DNA from: Spirochaetia bacterium
GTDB taxonomy: Bacteria; Spirochaetota; Spirochaetia; CAKZLE01
Assembly: GCA_963677595.1 (NCBI GenBank)
Contig: OY782041.1
Coordinates: 2,720,001-2,784,000, forward strand
Direction: 5' to 3'
DNA: 64,000 bases
Both the position numbers and the translations under genes were made by a program. Below, in pieces: positions 1-9,293 of this stretch. Within the stretch, counting starts at the first letter, position 1. Each line of letters begins with the position of its first letter. The notes below the pieces were generated by a model that saw only the letters and a list, made by a program, of their open reading frames with translations, was not told the DNA's origin and did not search any database.

Positions 1-684
1 TGGGCGAGGAACTATGAGGACACCCACTACCTGCTCGGGTCTGCCCTCGGCCCCGCCCCCTATCCCGATATGGTGCGCGAGTTCCAGAGCGTCATCGGGA
101 AGGAGGTCTCATCCCAGTCGAAGGGGCTCGAGGTCGAGGCGATGGTCGCCTGCGTCGGAGGCGGGTCGAATGCGATCGGCTTCTTCTCGCCCTACATCGA
201 GTCGGGGACGCCCCGGCTCATCGGCGTCGAGGCCGGCGGGAGGGGCTCCTCCCCCGGGGAACATGCCGTCAGGATGGACGGCAGCGGTTCGGTGAGTGTC
301 GTCCAGGGGTATAAGAGCCGGTTCCTCCTCGATGGGGAGGGCCAGGTCCAGACGACCCATTCAGTCTCAGCCGGGCTCGACTATGCCGGGATAGGGCCAC
401 AGCTGGCCCACCTCGGGGAGATCGGGCGGCTCGAGTTCGCCAGGATCTCCGATGCGGAGGCGATCGATGCCGTGAAGTTCTTTGCCCGCCATGAGGGGCT
501 CTGCTTCGCCCTGGAATCGGCGCATGCCGGGGCCTATGCCATGAAGCTCGCGAAGGAGCTCCCGCCCGGAAAGGCGATCATCGTCAACATGTCCGGCCGC
601 GGCGACAAGGATATCTTCATCACCGCCCGGGCGATCGATGAGGATAACTGGATCTCTTTCCTTGAACAGGAGGCCGTACGATGA
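1..684 (+). CDS. trpB: Tryptophan synthase beta subunit (5'-truncated by window)
   Basis: Frame open from base 1 (WARNYEDTHYLLGSALGPAPYPDMVREFQ); motifs ACVGGGSNAIG, HSVSAGLDYAGIGP, ALESAHA, NMSGRGDKD. Confidence 0.96.
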   Translation, partial: WARNYEDTHYLLGSALGPAPYPDMVREFQSVIGKEVSSQSKGLEVEAMVACVGGGSNAIGFFSPYIESGTPRLIGVEAGGRGSSPGEHAVRMDGSGSVSVVQGYKSRFLLDGEGQVQTTHSVSAGLDYAGIGPQLAHLGEIGRLEFARISDAEAIDAVKFFARHEGLCFALESAHAGAYAMKLAKELPPGKAIIVNMSGRGDKDIFITARAIDEDNWISFLEQEAVR

Positions 685-1421
685 ACCGATCGATCATGTC
701 ACACCTTATCGCGGGCTACCCCGATATTGAGACCTCCAGGCAGGTCGCCCTCGGGCTCTCCCGGGGTGGGGCTGCCTACCTGGAGATACAGTTTCCCTTC
801 TCGGACCCTACCGCGGACGGTCCGGTCATCCAGGCTGCATGTACGGATGCATTAGAGGGCGGCTTCACGCTGAAGAGAGGGTTCGACCTCATCGGGGAGA
901 TCACCCGGACCGTCGATACCCCCGTCTACATCATGACCTATGCGGCGCCGGTCGTCCACATCGGGGTGGGGGAGTACCTCGGGAAGGTACAGGCCGCAGG
1001 GGCTGCGGGCTGCATCATCCCCGACCTCCCGGTAGGTTCGGATGAGGGACTCTACACCATCGCTGCAGAGCTCGGCCTTGATGCCGTTCCCGTCATCGCG
1101 CCGAACACGAGCGCCCGAAGGCTGGAGGAGATCCTGGAAGTAGGTCCGAAGCATATCTACTCCGCCCTGCGTGCAGGGATCACCGGCAGCAGGACCGAAC
1201 TCAGTGAAGATTCATTACAGTTCTTGAAGAAGGTACTCGGCAGGGGGGTATCAGTCCTGGGCGGTTTCGGGATCAGGTCCTCAGGGCAGGTGCATACCCT
1301 CGCACAGATGGATGTCACCGCAGTCATCGGTTCCTACTTCGTCGAGGAGCTCAATCGGCTCGTCAGTGAGGGAACTAATGTGGAAGAGGGCATGAGGGCC
1401 GCGATCGCGGCACTCCTCTGA
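681..1421 (+). CDS. trpA: Tryptophan synthase alpha subunit
   Basis: AGYPD, LEIQFPFSDPTADGPVIQ, IIPDLP, GITG, GFGI motifs; ATGA overlap with trpB. Confidence 0.96.
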   Translation: MNRSIMSHLIAGYPDIETSRQVALGLSRGGAAYLEIQFPFSDPTADGPVIQAACTDALEGGFTLKRGFDLIGEITRTVDTPVYIMTYAAPVVHIGVGEYLGKVQAAGAAGCIIPDLPVGSDEGLYTIAAELGLDAVPVIAPNTSARRLEEILEVGPKHIYSALRAGITGSRTELSEDSLQFLKKVLGRGVSVLGGFGIRSSGQVHTLAQMDVTAVIGSYFVEELNRLVSEGTNVEEGMRAAIAALL

Positions 1422-1426
1422 AGTTC

Positions 1427-2155
1427 TTACGGCCGGTGGTTCCAGCTGCAGAGGCGTCGCTCGAGCAGCGCGAAGAGGCCGAAGAGGAGGGATCCGAGCA
1501 GGCTCAATGATATGATGCCCGCATACATGTCCAGGTAATCGAGCCGTATCCACCCATCCATGATGTACCACCCCAGGCCGGTGACCGAGGCGAAGGTCTC
1601 TGCCAGGAATAGGACCGCTGCGGCGGTCCCGGTCGAGATACGCAGCGCGGTGAAGAGGTTCGGCAGGATCGCCGGGATGATCACATGCCGGAGTATCTCG
1701 AATCTCCCCGCCCCGAGACTCCTGATCGAGTCGATGTATCGCTCATCGATCGCATGGGCGGCATCCCTGACCACGAAGAAGAGCTGGAAGGTGATGACGA
1801 TCGTGATGAAGATGACCTTCGAGAGGTCGTTCAGTCCGAAGAAGAGCATGATCACCGGCAGCAGCGCGACCTTCGGGATCGGGTAGAGCGCCCCCGCGGC
1901 GGGGCTGATGAGGGCGTGGGCCCTCCGGTTCCTCCCTGCTGCCAATGCGGCGGGGACTGCCAGGAGTGAGGCGGCTCCGATCGCGAAGATGATCCTCTCT
2001 GCCGAGATCGCCGTATGGACCAGGAGCCTCCCGTGGAGGAACTCCTCAGCAGTCCTGATGACGGCATCTATCGGGGTCGGGAGGAAGGGCTTTGCGATCA
2101 GCAAAGATGCCAGGTGCCAGATGACTGTCAGGATGAGCAGGGCAAGTACCTTCAT
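1427..2155 (-). CDS. ABC transporter permease, SsuC/TauC/NitT family
   Basis: Hydrophobic; YPIPKVALLP and EAA-like loop 'DSIRSLGAGRFEILRHVIIPA'; GLGWYI. Confidence 0.88.
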   Translation of the reverse strand: MKVLALLILTVIWHLASLLIAKPFLPTPIDAVIRTAEEFLHGRLLVHTAISAERIIFAIGAASLLAVPAALAAGRNRRAHALISPAAGALYPIPKVALLPVIMLFFGLNDLSKVIFITIVITFQLFFVVRDAAHAIDERYIDSIRSLGAGRFEILRHVIIPAILPNLFTALRISTGTAAAVLFLAETFASVTGLGWYIMDGWIRLDYLDMYAGIISLSLLGSLLFGLFALLERRLCSWNHRP

Positions 2156-2889
2156 GCCTCAAGACCTCCCTTCAGTGCGGACCTGATCGTCCGGACCTGC
2201 TGAAAATAGGCCTCATCGGTCCGTGAGAGGGCTCCCGGTAGACGAGAGAAGCTGCGGGTGAAGGACGAGATCCCGTTCTCGGGGTCCTTCTCCATGAGAT
2301 GGACCTCCTCACTGAGGAAGGCGGCCTCCTCGATGCTGTGGGTGACCATCAGCACCGTCATATGGTGCGCCTCCTGGATGCGGAGCAGCAGCTCCTGCAT
2401 CTGCTCCCGCTTCATGGCATCGAGGGATGAGAAGGGCTCATCCATCAGCAGGATCGAGGGGTTGAGCACCAGCGTCCGCGCGATCGCGACCCGCTGCCGT
2501 TCACCTCCCGAGATCGCCTGGGGATAGGAATCTCTCAGGTGCGAGATCCCGAGCTCCTCCATCACCCCGTCAGTCAGGCGTCGGATCGTCTTCCGGTCCC
2601 TGCCCTGTATCTTCAGTCCCAAGCCTATGTTCTCACCCACGCGTTTCCACGGGAAGAGCCCGTAATCCTGGAGGATGATCGCCGTCCGGACCTCCTCGGC
2701 CGACCCGGGGATCTCGATAGACCCCGAGTCAGGCTTCAGGAGCTCGCTGATGAGATAGAGCAAGGTGGTCTTCCCGCAGCCGGAGGGCCCGATGATGCCA
2801 TGAACCTTCTCTCTCTCGAAGGTATGGCTCAACTCCTGGAAGATGGGATCTCCCCCAGGATAGGCGAACTGCAGGGAGTCCAGCTTCAC
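2152..2889 (-). CDS. ABC transporter ATP-binding protein, SsuB/TauB family
   Basis: Walker A GPSGCGKTT, LQDYGLFPW, signature ISGGERQR, Walker B LLMDEPFSSLD, VTH. Confidence 0.92.
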   Translation of the reverse strand: MKLDSLQFAYPGGDPIFQELSHTFEREKVHGIIGPSGCGKTTLLYLISELLKPDSGSIEIPGSAEEVRTAIILQDYGLFPWKRVGENIGLGLKIQGRDRKTIRRLTDGVMEELGISHLRDSYPQAISGGERQRVAIARTLVLNPSILLMDEPFSSLDAMKREQMQELLLRIQEAHHMTVLMVTHSIEEAAFLSEEVHLMEKDPENGISSFTRSFSRLPGALSRTDEAYFQQVRTIRSALKGGLEA

Positions 2890-3845
2890 GGCTGCAGGAA
2901 CTCCAGGTCCCAGTCCGGGTCGAAGAGGTCCGAGAAGTCTGACCGGGGACCGATCAGCCCCTTACCAGCCATCCAGTCAGCTACTGCTGAGATCTCCAGG
3001 TCTGCCGGGAGCCTGGGGGTCCCGTAGGTGACGAACTCGTAGGCATCCCTGACCGGTGCAGGGAAGCCTGCATGGTCGATGAGGAAGTCACGGTAGCCGT
3101 CCGGATCGGCATCGATACGGGAGGCAGCCTCCGCATAGGCTTTGTAGAGGGCCTCCATGTTGGCGCGTTTCGTCTGGACCACATCAGCTGTGAAGATGAG
3201 GATGCCGGGAGCACTCGGGAGGATCGTCGTGTCGATGATCGGTCTCGCACCGCGAGCGATCACGAGGGAGTAGAGCGGCTCCGGCAGCGTCGCTGCGTCG
3301 AGGCCTCCCTGGAGCAGCAGCTCCATGCGGATGGGGATCTTCGGTACTGCGGTGAGCCCCAGATCGTCGGTCGGTACCCCCTGGTCCTCGAGCAGGGCAT
3401 ATACGGCATACTCGATGATCGTGTTCGAGGAGATCCCGTTCGTTTTACCGATGAGGTCCTTCGGCTCCCTGATACTCGAGTCCGGGGAGGCTGCGATACC
3501 GTACCGGCCCTTCGTGTCAGAGGTGATCGTGATGTCGATCCCGGCCTCCTCCAGGAAGAGGGCTGCCAGGGTGTCGCCGATGAAGCCGTCTATCTCCCCG
3601 GCCTGGAAGGCTGCATCCCGTTCCACCGGACTGTGGAAGGAGACAAGCTCCACTTCAGCCCCATTGGTCTCGAAGAGCGACTCATACTCAGCCACGAGGA
3701 AGGGAAGGGAATCGGCATCGGGGAGTACCCCGAGCCTGATCGGTTCGAGGGAGGTCTCCGTAACACCTCCCGCGGTAAGGGCAGCAGTCGCTGCGGAGAG
3801 GATCAGTATGATCCCGATGATTCTCATTACACTACGTATTCTCAT
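2886..3845 (-). CDS. ABC transporter substrate-binding protein (SsuA/THI5-like)
   Basis: Signal peptide, IRLGVLPDADSLP, F.S..ERDAAFQAG.IDG, DAATLPEP; overlaps ATPase gene. Confidence 0.85.
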   Translation of the reverse strand: MRIRSVMRIIGIILILSAATAALTAGGVTETSLEPIRLGVLPDADSLPFLVAEYESLFETNGAEVELVSFHSPVERDAAFQAGEIDGFIGDTLAALFLEEAGIDITITSDTKGRYGIAASPDSSIREPKDLIGKTNGISSNTIIEYAVYALLEDQGVPTDDLGLTAVPKIPIRMELLLQGGLDAATLPEPLYSLVIARGARPIIDTTILPSAPGILIFTADVVQTKRANMEALYKAYAEAASRIDADPDGYRDFLIDHAGFPAPVRDAYEFVTYGTPRLPADLEISAVADWMAGKGLIGPRSDFSDLFDPDWDLEFLQP

Positions 3846-3951
3846 AATTACTCCATTAACTCATTTCTCTTGGTATATTTGAAACAGGGATGCAGCTCGT
3901 GCTGTCGCCTGTAGTATGTGGATGCCTCGATGATCATAGGTGCGTCACCTC

Positions 3952-4824
3952 TCACAGGTAGACCTCCAGGACGATGATGATGAGGAAGAGGACGCTGACG
4001 ATCTCGTTTATATGATAGGAGGCCCGCTTCACCTGCGTGAGGTTCTTCGGGGCGACGATGAGGTGCTCATAGGTGATCAAGGCCGTGATGGGGACGAGCC
4101 CGGTGTAGAAGATCCAGCTCACCGGGTAGAACCAGGCGATCGCTGCCAGGCAGACAAGGGCCGCAGCATGGGCGAGGGTGGAGATGACCAGCGCGCCATG
4201 CGCCCCGAAACGGGCCGGTACGGAGTGCAGTCCCTCCCTGCGGTCGAACTCGATATCGAGACAGGCATAGATGATGTCGAAGCCCGCGACCCAGAGCGTC
4301 ACAGCAGCGGCGATGGGGAAGAACCGCAGTTCGATCGACCCCGTCAGGGCGATCAGCGTACCCATCGGCGCGATCGCCACGCAGGCGCCGAGGATGAAGT
4401 GCGAGAGCCAGGTGAACCGCTTGCTGTAGGAGTAGAGGATGATCATCCCTGCCGCGACCGGTGTGAGGAGCAGGCAGAGGGGGTTGAGCATGTAGGCTGA
4501 GAAGAGCAGGACCAGCGTACAGAAGAGGATGAAGAGGGCGAGGTCCTTCTGCTTGAGCAGTCCTGAGACCAGGTGCCGGGCTGCAGTCCTCGGGTTCCTC
4601 GCATCGATCTTGCGGTCGACTACCCGGTTGAGGGCATTCGCCCCGTTCCGGCCGGCGGTGACTGCCAGCAGGATCCAGAGCAGTTTCCCGAAGGGGACCT
4701 TCCCCTGTGTTTCCAGGAGCATGGCCGCCAGGGCAAAGGGGAGGGAGAAGAGCGTATGCTCGATCATGACCGCCTCCGAGATGAAGGCGAGCTTCCGTCC
4801 GATACCGATCCCTTCCCGGTTCAC
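3952..4824 (-). CDS. ubiA: UbiA-family prenyltransferase (MqnP-like)
   Basis: EHTLFSLPFA, NRVVDRKIDARNPRT, YSYSKRFT, WVAGFDIIYACLD..FDR..GLHSVP. Confidence 0.9.
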   Translation of the reverse strand: MNREGIGIGRKLAFISEAVMIEHTLFSLPFALAAMLLETQGKVPFGKLLWILLAVTAGRNGANALNRVVDRKIDARNPRTAARHLVSGLLKQKDLALFILFCTLVLLFSAYMLNPLCLLLTPVAAGMIILYSYSKRFTWLSHFILGACVAIAPMGTLIALTGSIELRFFPIAAAVTLWVAGFDIIYACLDIEFDRREGLHSVPARFGAHGALVISTLAHAAALVCLAAIAWFYPVSWIFYTGLVPITALITYEHLIVAPKNLTQVKRASYHINEIVSVLFLIIIVLEVYL

Positions 4825-6266
4825 AGGCCGAGATCCTCCCAGATCGCATCGACTCTCTCCCGTACGTCCTCACTCATCGTGATATCATCGGGCCAGGGTC
4901 GGGTATGCCCGTCCATCGGCCCCTTCTTCGTGGCATCGATCCCGATCCGGGTGCCGTAGAGGGGCGTCGGGGAGGCATGGTCGAGGGCGTCGAGGGGACC
5001 GTCGGAGAAGATGAGGTCCCGCTTCCCGTCGATGTTGTTGAAGACCTTCCACATGACCGTCGACAGGTCATGCACATCGACGGAGCTGTCGACGATGATG
5101 ATCATCTTCGTGTACATCATCTGGCCGAGCCCCCAGATGCTGTGCAGGACCTTCCGTACCTGCCCGGGGTAGCGTTTGTGTATCGACACGATAGCGCAGT
5201 TATGGAAGACCCCTTCGAGGGGTAGTTCCATATCGACGATCTCGGGTATGAGCTGTCTGAGGAGCGGCAGGAAGAGCCGCTCGGTCGCCTTGGCCATATA
5301 GCAGTCCTCCATCGGGGGCTTCCCGACGATGGTGGCATGGTAGACCGGCTGCTCCTTCCGGGTGATGCAGGTCACATGGAAGACCGGGTATTCATCCTGG
5401 AGGGAGTAGTAGCCGGTATGGTCCCCGAAGGGGCCTTCTGTCCTGAAGGGTTCAGCCGGGTCGACATAGCCCTCAAGGACGAACTCCGCATGGGCTGGGA
5501 CCTTGAGGTCGTTGGTGATGCACTTCACCATCTCGACCGGGGCTCCCCTGAGGAAACCGGCAAAGAGGATCTCGTTGATGCCGGGGGGCAGGGGGGCAGT
5601 CGCCGCATAGGTGATCGACGGGTCACAGCCTATCGCCACAGAAACCGGCATCTTCTCGCCCCGTGACCGGTATTTCTCGAAGATACTCGACCCGTCTTTG
5701 TGGATATGCCAGTGCATGCCCGTCGTATCCTTTGAGAACCGCTGCATCCGGTACATGCCCATGTTCGAGGAACCGGTATCGGGGTCTTTGGTGAAGACGG
5801 CAGGCAGGGTGATGAACGGGCCGCCGTCACCGGGCCAGCAGGTCAGGATCGGCAGGGTGAAGAGATCCGGCTCCTGCTCGATCACCTGCTGGCAGGGGGC
5901 CTTCTTCACCGTCTTCGGGAAGAAGAGCCTCACATACTTGAGTTTCGGGATGATCGCAGTCAGGTCGATGGACCGGGCCTGGGAGAAGGCGAACTCGATG
6001 AGTTCCCCGATCTCGTCGGCCTTCGCGTCGAGTGACTCAGCCTCGAGGGCGAGCGCCATACGCTCATACGAGCCCATCGCGTTCATAAGTACCGGGAACT
6101 TGGATCCCTGCACCTGCTCGAAGAGCAGCGCAGGGCCATCCTTCTTGCTTACCCGGTCAGTGATCTCGGTGATCTCGAGGTAGGGATCCACGGGATGGGT
6201 GATCCGTTTGAGCTGGCTTGATTCTTCCAGCACCTGTATGAATGATAGCAGATCTTTATATGCCAT
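4821..6266 (-). CDS. ubiD: UbiD-family prFMN decarboxylase (MqnL-like menaquinone decarboxylase)
   Basis: WPGDGGPFIT, NMGMYRMQ, GMHWHIHKDG, EGPFGDHTGYY, GKPPMED, EGVFHN, DALDHAS, GIDAT. Confidence 0.92.
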   Translation of the reverse strand: MAYKDLLSFIQVLEESSQLKRITHPVDPYLEITEITDRVSKKDGPALLFEQVQGSKFPVLMNAMGSYERMALALEAESLDAKADEIGELIEFAFSQARSIDLTAIIPKLKYVRLFFPKTVKKAPCQQVIEQEPDLFTLPILTCWPGDGGPFITLPAVFTKDPDTGSSNMGMYRMQRFSKDTTGMHWHIHKDGSSIFEKYRSRGEKMPVSVAIGCDPSITYAATAPLPPGINEILFAGFLRGAPVEMVKCITNDLKVPAHAEFVLEGYVDPAEPFRTEGPFGDHTGYYSLQDEYPVFHVTCITRKEQPVYHATIVGKPPMEDCYMAKATERLFLPLLRQLIPEIVDMELPLEGVFHNCAIVSIHKRYPGQVRKVLHSIWGLGQMMYTKMIIIVDSSVDVHDLSTVMWKVFNNIDGKRDLIFSDGPLDALDHASPTPLYGTRIGIDATKKGPMDGHTRPWPDDITMSEDVRERVDAIWEDLGL

Positions 6267-6299
6267 AACTATAGTTATATTCCATTTAACGGAGGAATG

Positions 6300-6329
6300 A
6301 AAGGACTACCCGTTCCCAGGTAGTCCTTT
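6300..6329 (-). terminator. Intrinsic terminator-like hairpin downstream of the FMN-binding lipoprotein gene
   Basis: AAAGGACTACC-N8-GGTAGTCCTTT, 11-bp inverted repeat. Confidence 0.65.
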
Positions 6330-6378
6330 ACATCATAGGTTTTTAGGAGTATCCAGCATCAGATGCCGGTTCACTCGC

Positions 6379-7671
6379 TTATTCGGCCTCCACAGGTCCT
6401 GCAGCCAGTGCCTCGGCAGCAAGCTCAAAGAGGGAATTCACATGGATCGATGCTCCGGCGATCTCATCGACATGACCTTCGTCATCTGAGTAAACCACAG
6501 CTGACGGGTCCTGGATCTGGATCAGGTAAGCTTCAGCGGCAACAGCCTGTTCATGCCATTCAGCTATGGCTCCGCCGTGAGCGACCATCCCATAATTTCC
6601 TTCAGCGGAGTAGGTCTTCTTGTCGTTGCCGTCTGCATCAAGGGGGTTCCAGCTCACTGAGAAGATCCTCCCGTCGAGAACTGACAGGTCCACGACGTCC
6701 TTCCATCCGTTATCGCCCATCTCGCCCTCTGCATGGTAGGTACCGTCTGCATAGGGACCTGTGACGACAGGAGCTGACGCAAGGGCCTCGGCGGCGAGTT
6801 CGAAGAACTCGGTCACATGGATGGAGACACCGGCGATAGCATCAGTATGGCCTTCGTCATCGCTATAGGTGATAGCTGCAGGATCCTGGGTCTCAAGCAG
6901 ATAGGCTTCAGCAGCGGCAGCCTGTTCATGCCACTCAGCCTGGGCGTCGCCGTAGGCGACCATACCGTATGCCCCGCTTTCAGACCTGACTTTCTTCAGG
7001 GTACCGCCGTCAGTGCTTGCACCGTTCCAGCTGGCTGCCACGATGTTGCCGTTCACGACAGTGAGGTCAACTGCATATTTCCAGCCCGAACCTGAGAACT
7101 CAGGCTGCTCAGCATGGAAATGGCCGTCTGTATAGGGTCCCCGCCCTGCAGGACCGGCTGCCATGGCTTCCTCAGCGAGGTTGAAGAATTCAGCTACATG
7201 GATCGAGACCCCCGAAATAGCGTCAGTATGCCCTTCAGCATCGGTGTAGGTGATGGCTGCGGGATCCTGGGTCTCGACGAGGTATGCCTCAGCACGTTCA
7301 GCCTGCTCATGCCATTCTGCCTGTGCCCCGCCGAAAGCGACCATGTTGTACCGTCCCTTGGATGAGACACTCTTCTTGTCTTCCCCGCCGTTGACGTTGG
7401 CGCCGTTCCAGTCAGCGGAGACGATCTTGCCACCGTCGACGGTGATGGTTGCCATATACTTCCAACCGGTACTTCCGAAGCCGTCTTCCTGGGCAAAGTA
7501 GATACCGTCAGCATATGCGGCGGCTGCTTCAGCCTTCGGAGCAGGTTCTGCCGCAGGTGCGGGAGCTGCTGCCGGTGCAGGTGCTGCTTCCTCTTTCGCG
7601 CAGCCTACGAATACCAATACAAGAGACAGGCACAGCAAGAGTACCAATCCTTTTTGTAGAAAAAATCTCAT
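6379..7671 (-). CDS. Lipoprotein with three tandem FMN-binding (flavinylation) domains, PplA-like
   Basis: Lipobox FVGC (Cys24), Ala/Pro linker, three ~125-aa repeats Y.DG.Y/F...W..QA...QDP...D.I[SA]G[VA]S; adjacent apbE. Confidence 0.85.
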   Translation of the reverse strand: MRFFLQKGLVLLLCLSLVLVFVGCAKEEAAPAPAAAPAPAAEPAPKAEAAAAYADGIYFAQEDGFGSTGWKYMATITVDGGKIVSADWNGANVNGGEDKKSVSSKGRYNMVAFGGAQAEWHEQAERAEAYLVETQDPAAITYTDAEGHTDAISGVSIHVAEFFNLAEEAMAAGPAGRGPYTDGHFHAEQPEFSGSGWKYAVDLTVVNGNIVAASWNGASTDGGTLKKVRSESGAYGMVAYGDAQAEWHEQAAAAEAYLLETQDPAAITYSDDEGHTDAIAGVSIHVTEFFELAAEALASAPVVTGPYADGTYHAEGEMGDNGWKDVVDLSVLDGRIFSVSWNPLDADGNDKKTYSAEGNYGMVAHGGAIAEWHEQAVAAEAYLIQIQDPSAVVYSDDEGHVDEIAGASIHVNSLFELAAEALAAGPVEAE

Positions 7672-7748
7672 AACACACTCTCCTTACAGATTCTTCTTTT
7701 AACTTAGCAATATAATAAGCTATTTATTTATCGATAGCAAGTAGCACT

Positions 7749-7777
7749 TTGACATAACGCACCTTTGCTGGTATCTT
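7749..7777 (+). promoter_or_regulatory. Sigma70-type promoter, probably leaderless, for the NusG-II/EetA-like gene
   Basis: TTGACA(7749-54)-17 nt-TATCTT(7772-77) with TGn extension, 6 nt before ATG 7784, no Shine-Dalgarno. Confidence 0.65.
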
Positions 7778-7783
7778 CATCTC

Positions 7784-8158
7784 ATGAGACGAGTACGGAT
7801 CGGGGATATCATAATCGGTATCCTGTCATTGGCTGTCATCTTACTCATTGGGATCGAGTCCTGGTCACGGTCAGGCGGGAGTCCCGAACTCCATATACAG
7901 GTCGATGATGACAATTTCGTCTATTCCCTCGCTGCTGACCAGCACCTCGAGATCTCCGGGCCGATCGGTACCACCTATGTCACGATCGAGGACGGGCACG
8001 TCCATGTCGATGACTCTCCCTGCACGCAGAAGATCTGCGTAGCCGCAGGGGAGATCTCCCGGACCGGGGAGTGGATCATCTGTCTCCCGAACCATGTCTT
8101 CATCACCATAGAGGGGGTCGAGGAGACCTCGAAGGAAGTAGATGATGTTGTCTTCTGA
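7784..8158 (+). CDS. NusG domain II-containing membrane-anchored protein (EetA-like)
   Basis: N-terminal TM 'GDIIIG', G.IG...V.I.DG...V.DSPC.QKICV..G.IS..GEWIICLPNHVFITI. Confidence 0.85.
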   Translation: MRRVRIGDIIIGILSLAVILLIGIESWSRSGGSPELHIQVDDDNFVYSLAADQHLEISGPIGTTYVTIEDGHVHVDDSPCTQKICVAAGEISRTGEWIICLPNHVFITIEGVEETSKEVDDVVF

Positions 8159-9293
8159 GCTGCATGGGAAGAGGGCACTCCCCGTTGGGCTGATCGCACA
8201 GCTCGGGGCACTGGCACTCTTCCTCTCGACGATCGAGTACATGATCCCGAAACCGATCCCCTTCATGCGCCTCGGGCTGGCGAACGTCCCGATCATGCTC
8301 GCCCTCCCGCTGCTCGACCCCGCGGGGTTCTTCCTGCTCGTGCTGATGAAGATCCTCGGGCAGGCCCTGGTGAACGGGACGTTATTCTCCTATATCTTCC
8401 TCTTCTCCCTCTGCGGGTCGGTCTCGAGCAGCCTCGTGATGTTCCTCCTCTACCGCCGGCTCGGCAGGTTCGTCTCCTACCTGGGGATCAGTATGGCCGG
8501 TGCCTTGACGAGCAACCTCGTCCAGCTCCTGCTCTCCCGCTATATCATGTTCGGGCCCTCGGTCTGGATCATCGCCCCGCCGTTCCTGATCATGGGGTTG
8601 GTCACCTCCATCGTGTTGGGGCTCTTCGTCATGCGATTCTCTACGCAATCAGCCTGGTTCGCCGGGAAACTGCTGAACGGCAGTGAACCGGATGACCGCT
8701 ATGACCCGGCCGCCCCGGGCGGCTTCTCCTATGACCGTAGGGTCCTCATCGGGCTCCTTGCCCTCCCGGCATTCCTGCTCCAGCAGCGGCTCCCGGGAAC
8801 CCTGATCATCACCGTATGTGCGGTCATCCTTGCCGTGACCCACGGCAGGCGGTTCCGCCTCCTGCCAAACCTCCTGGTGATCATCTCCGTCACCGCAGCA
8901 AACCTGCTGCAGAAGAACGGGATCATCCTGACAGAGATCCTCGGCTTCCCGATCACCCTCGGGGCCCTGGAGCTGGGACTGAAGAAGGCCCTGACCCTGA
9001 TAGGATTGATCTACATCTCCCAGTTCATGGTCTCGAACAGGCCGCGTATCCCCGGGAGGCTCGGTGCGCTCATCTCCCTGCAGCTTTTCTACTTCGAGCG
9101 GATCACCGAGTCATGGGATCGGAAAGCCCAGGGGAACCTCCTGGGTAGGATCGATACGCTGCTCTTCACTGTCGAGGGCGCTGAGTATGCGAGTGAGGCG
9201 GGAACGGGGAGAGGCAAAGAGCCTGCTGTCGGCTGGCAGTGGTCTTTCGTGGTGATCAGCTGGGGAGTCCTGGTTGCGGGGTTCGTGCTCTAG
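8142..9293 (+). CDS. Gx transporter / heptaprenyl diphosphate synthase component I family (EetB-like) with extra EcfT/CbiQ-like C-terminal membrane domain
   Basis: LSTIEYMIPKPIPFMRLGLAN, GTLFSYIFLFSL.G, GISMAGALTSNLVQL; C-terminal 'GIILTEILGFPITLGALELGL'. Confidence 0.8.
   Translation: MMLSSELHGKRALPVGLIAQLGALALFLSTIEYMIPKPIPFMRLGLANVPIMLALPLLDPAGFFLLVLMKILGQALVNGTLFSYIFLFSLCGSVSSSLVMFLLYRRLGRFVSYLGISMAGALTSNLVQLLLSRYIMFGPSVWIIAPPFLIMGLVTSIVLGLFVMRFSTQSAWFAGKLLNGSEPDDRYDPAAPGGFSYDRRVLIGLLALPAFLLQQRLPGTLIITVCAVILAVTHGRRFRLLPNLLVIISVTAANLLQKNGIILTEILGFPITLGALELGLKKALTLIGLIYISQFMVSNRPRIPGRLGALISLQLFYFERITESWDRKAQGNLLGRIDTLLFTVEGAEYASEAGTGRGKEPAVGWQWSFVVISWGVLVAGFVL

Noticed and set aside
3826-3845. 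ACTACGTATT resembling the LacI operator
   Set aside because: Lies inside the first codons of the SBP gene, lacks the GA/TC flanks and is far from the regulon.
7515-7600. Short GCT/GCA/GGT repeats
   Set aside because: Encode the Ala/Pro linker of the lipoprotein; not a CRISPR array or DNA repeat element.
7672-7783. FMN riboswitch or Rex operator at the FLEET-like divergent promoters (also 10355-10447)
   Set aside because: No RFN consensus; only weak AT-rich partial matches to TTGTGAA-N4-TTCACAA.
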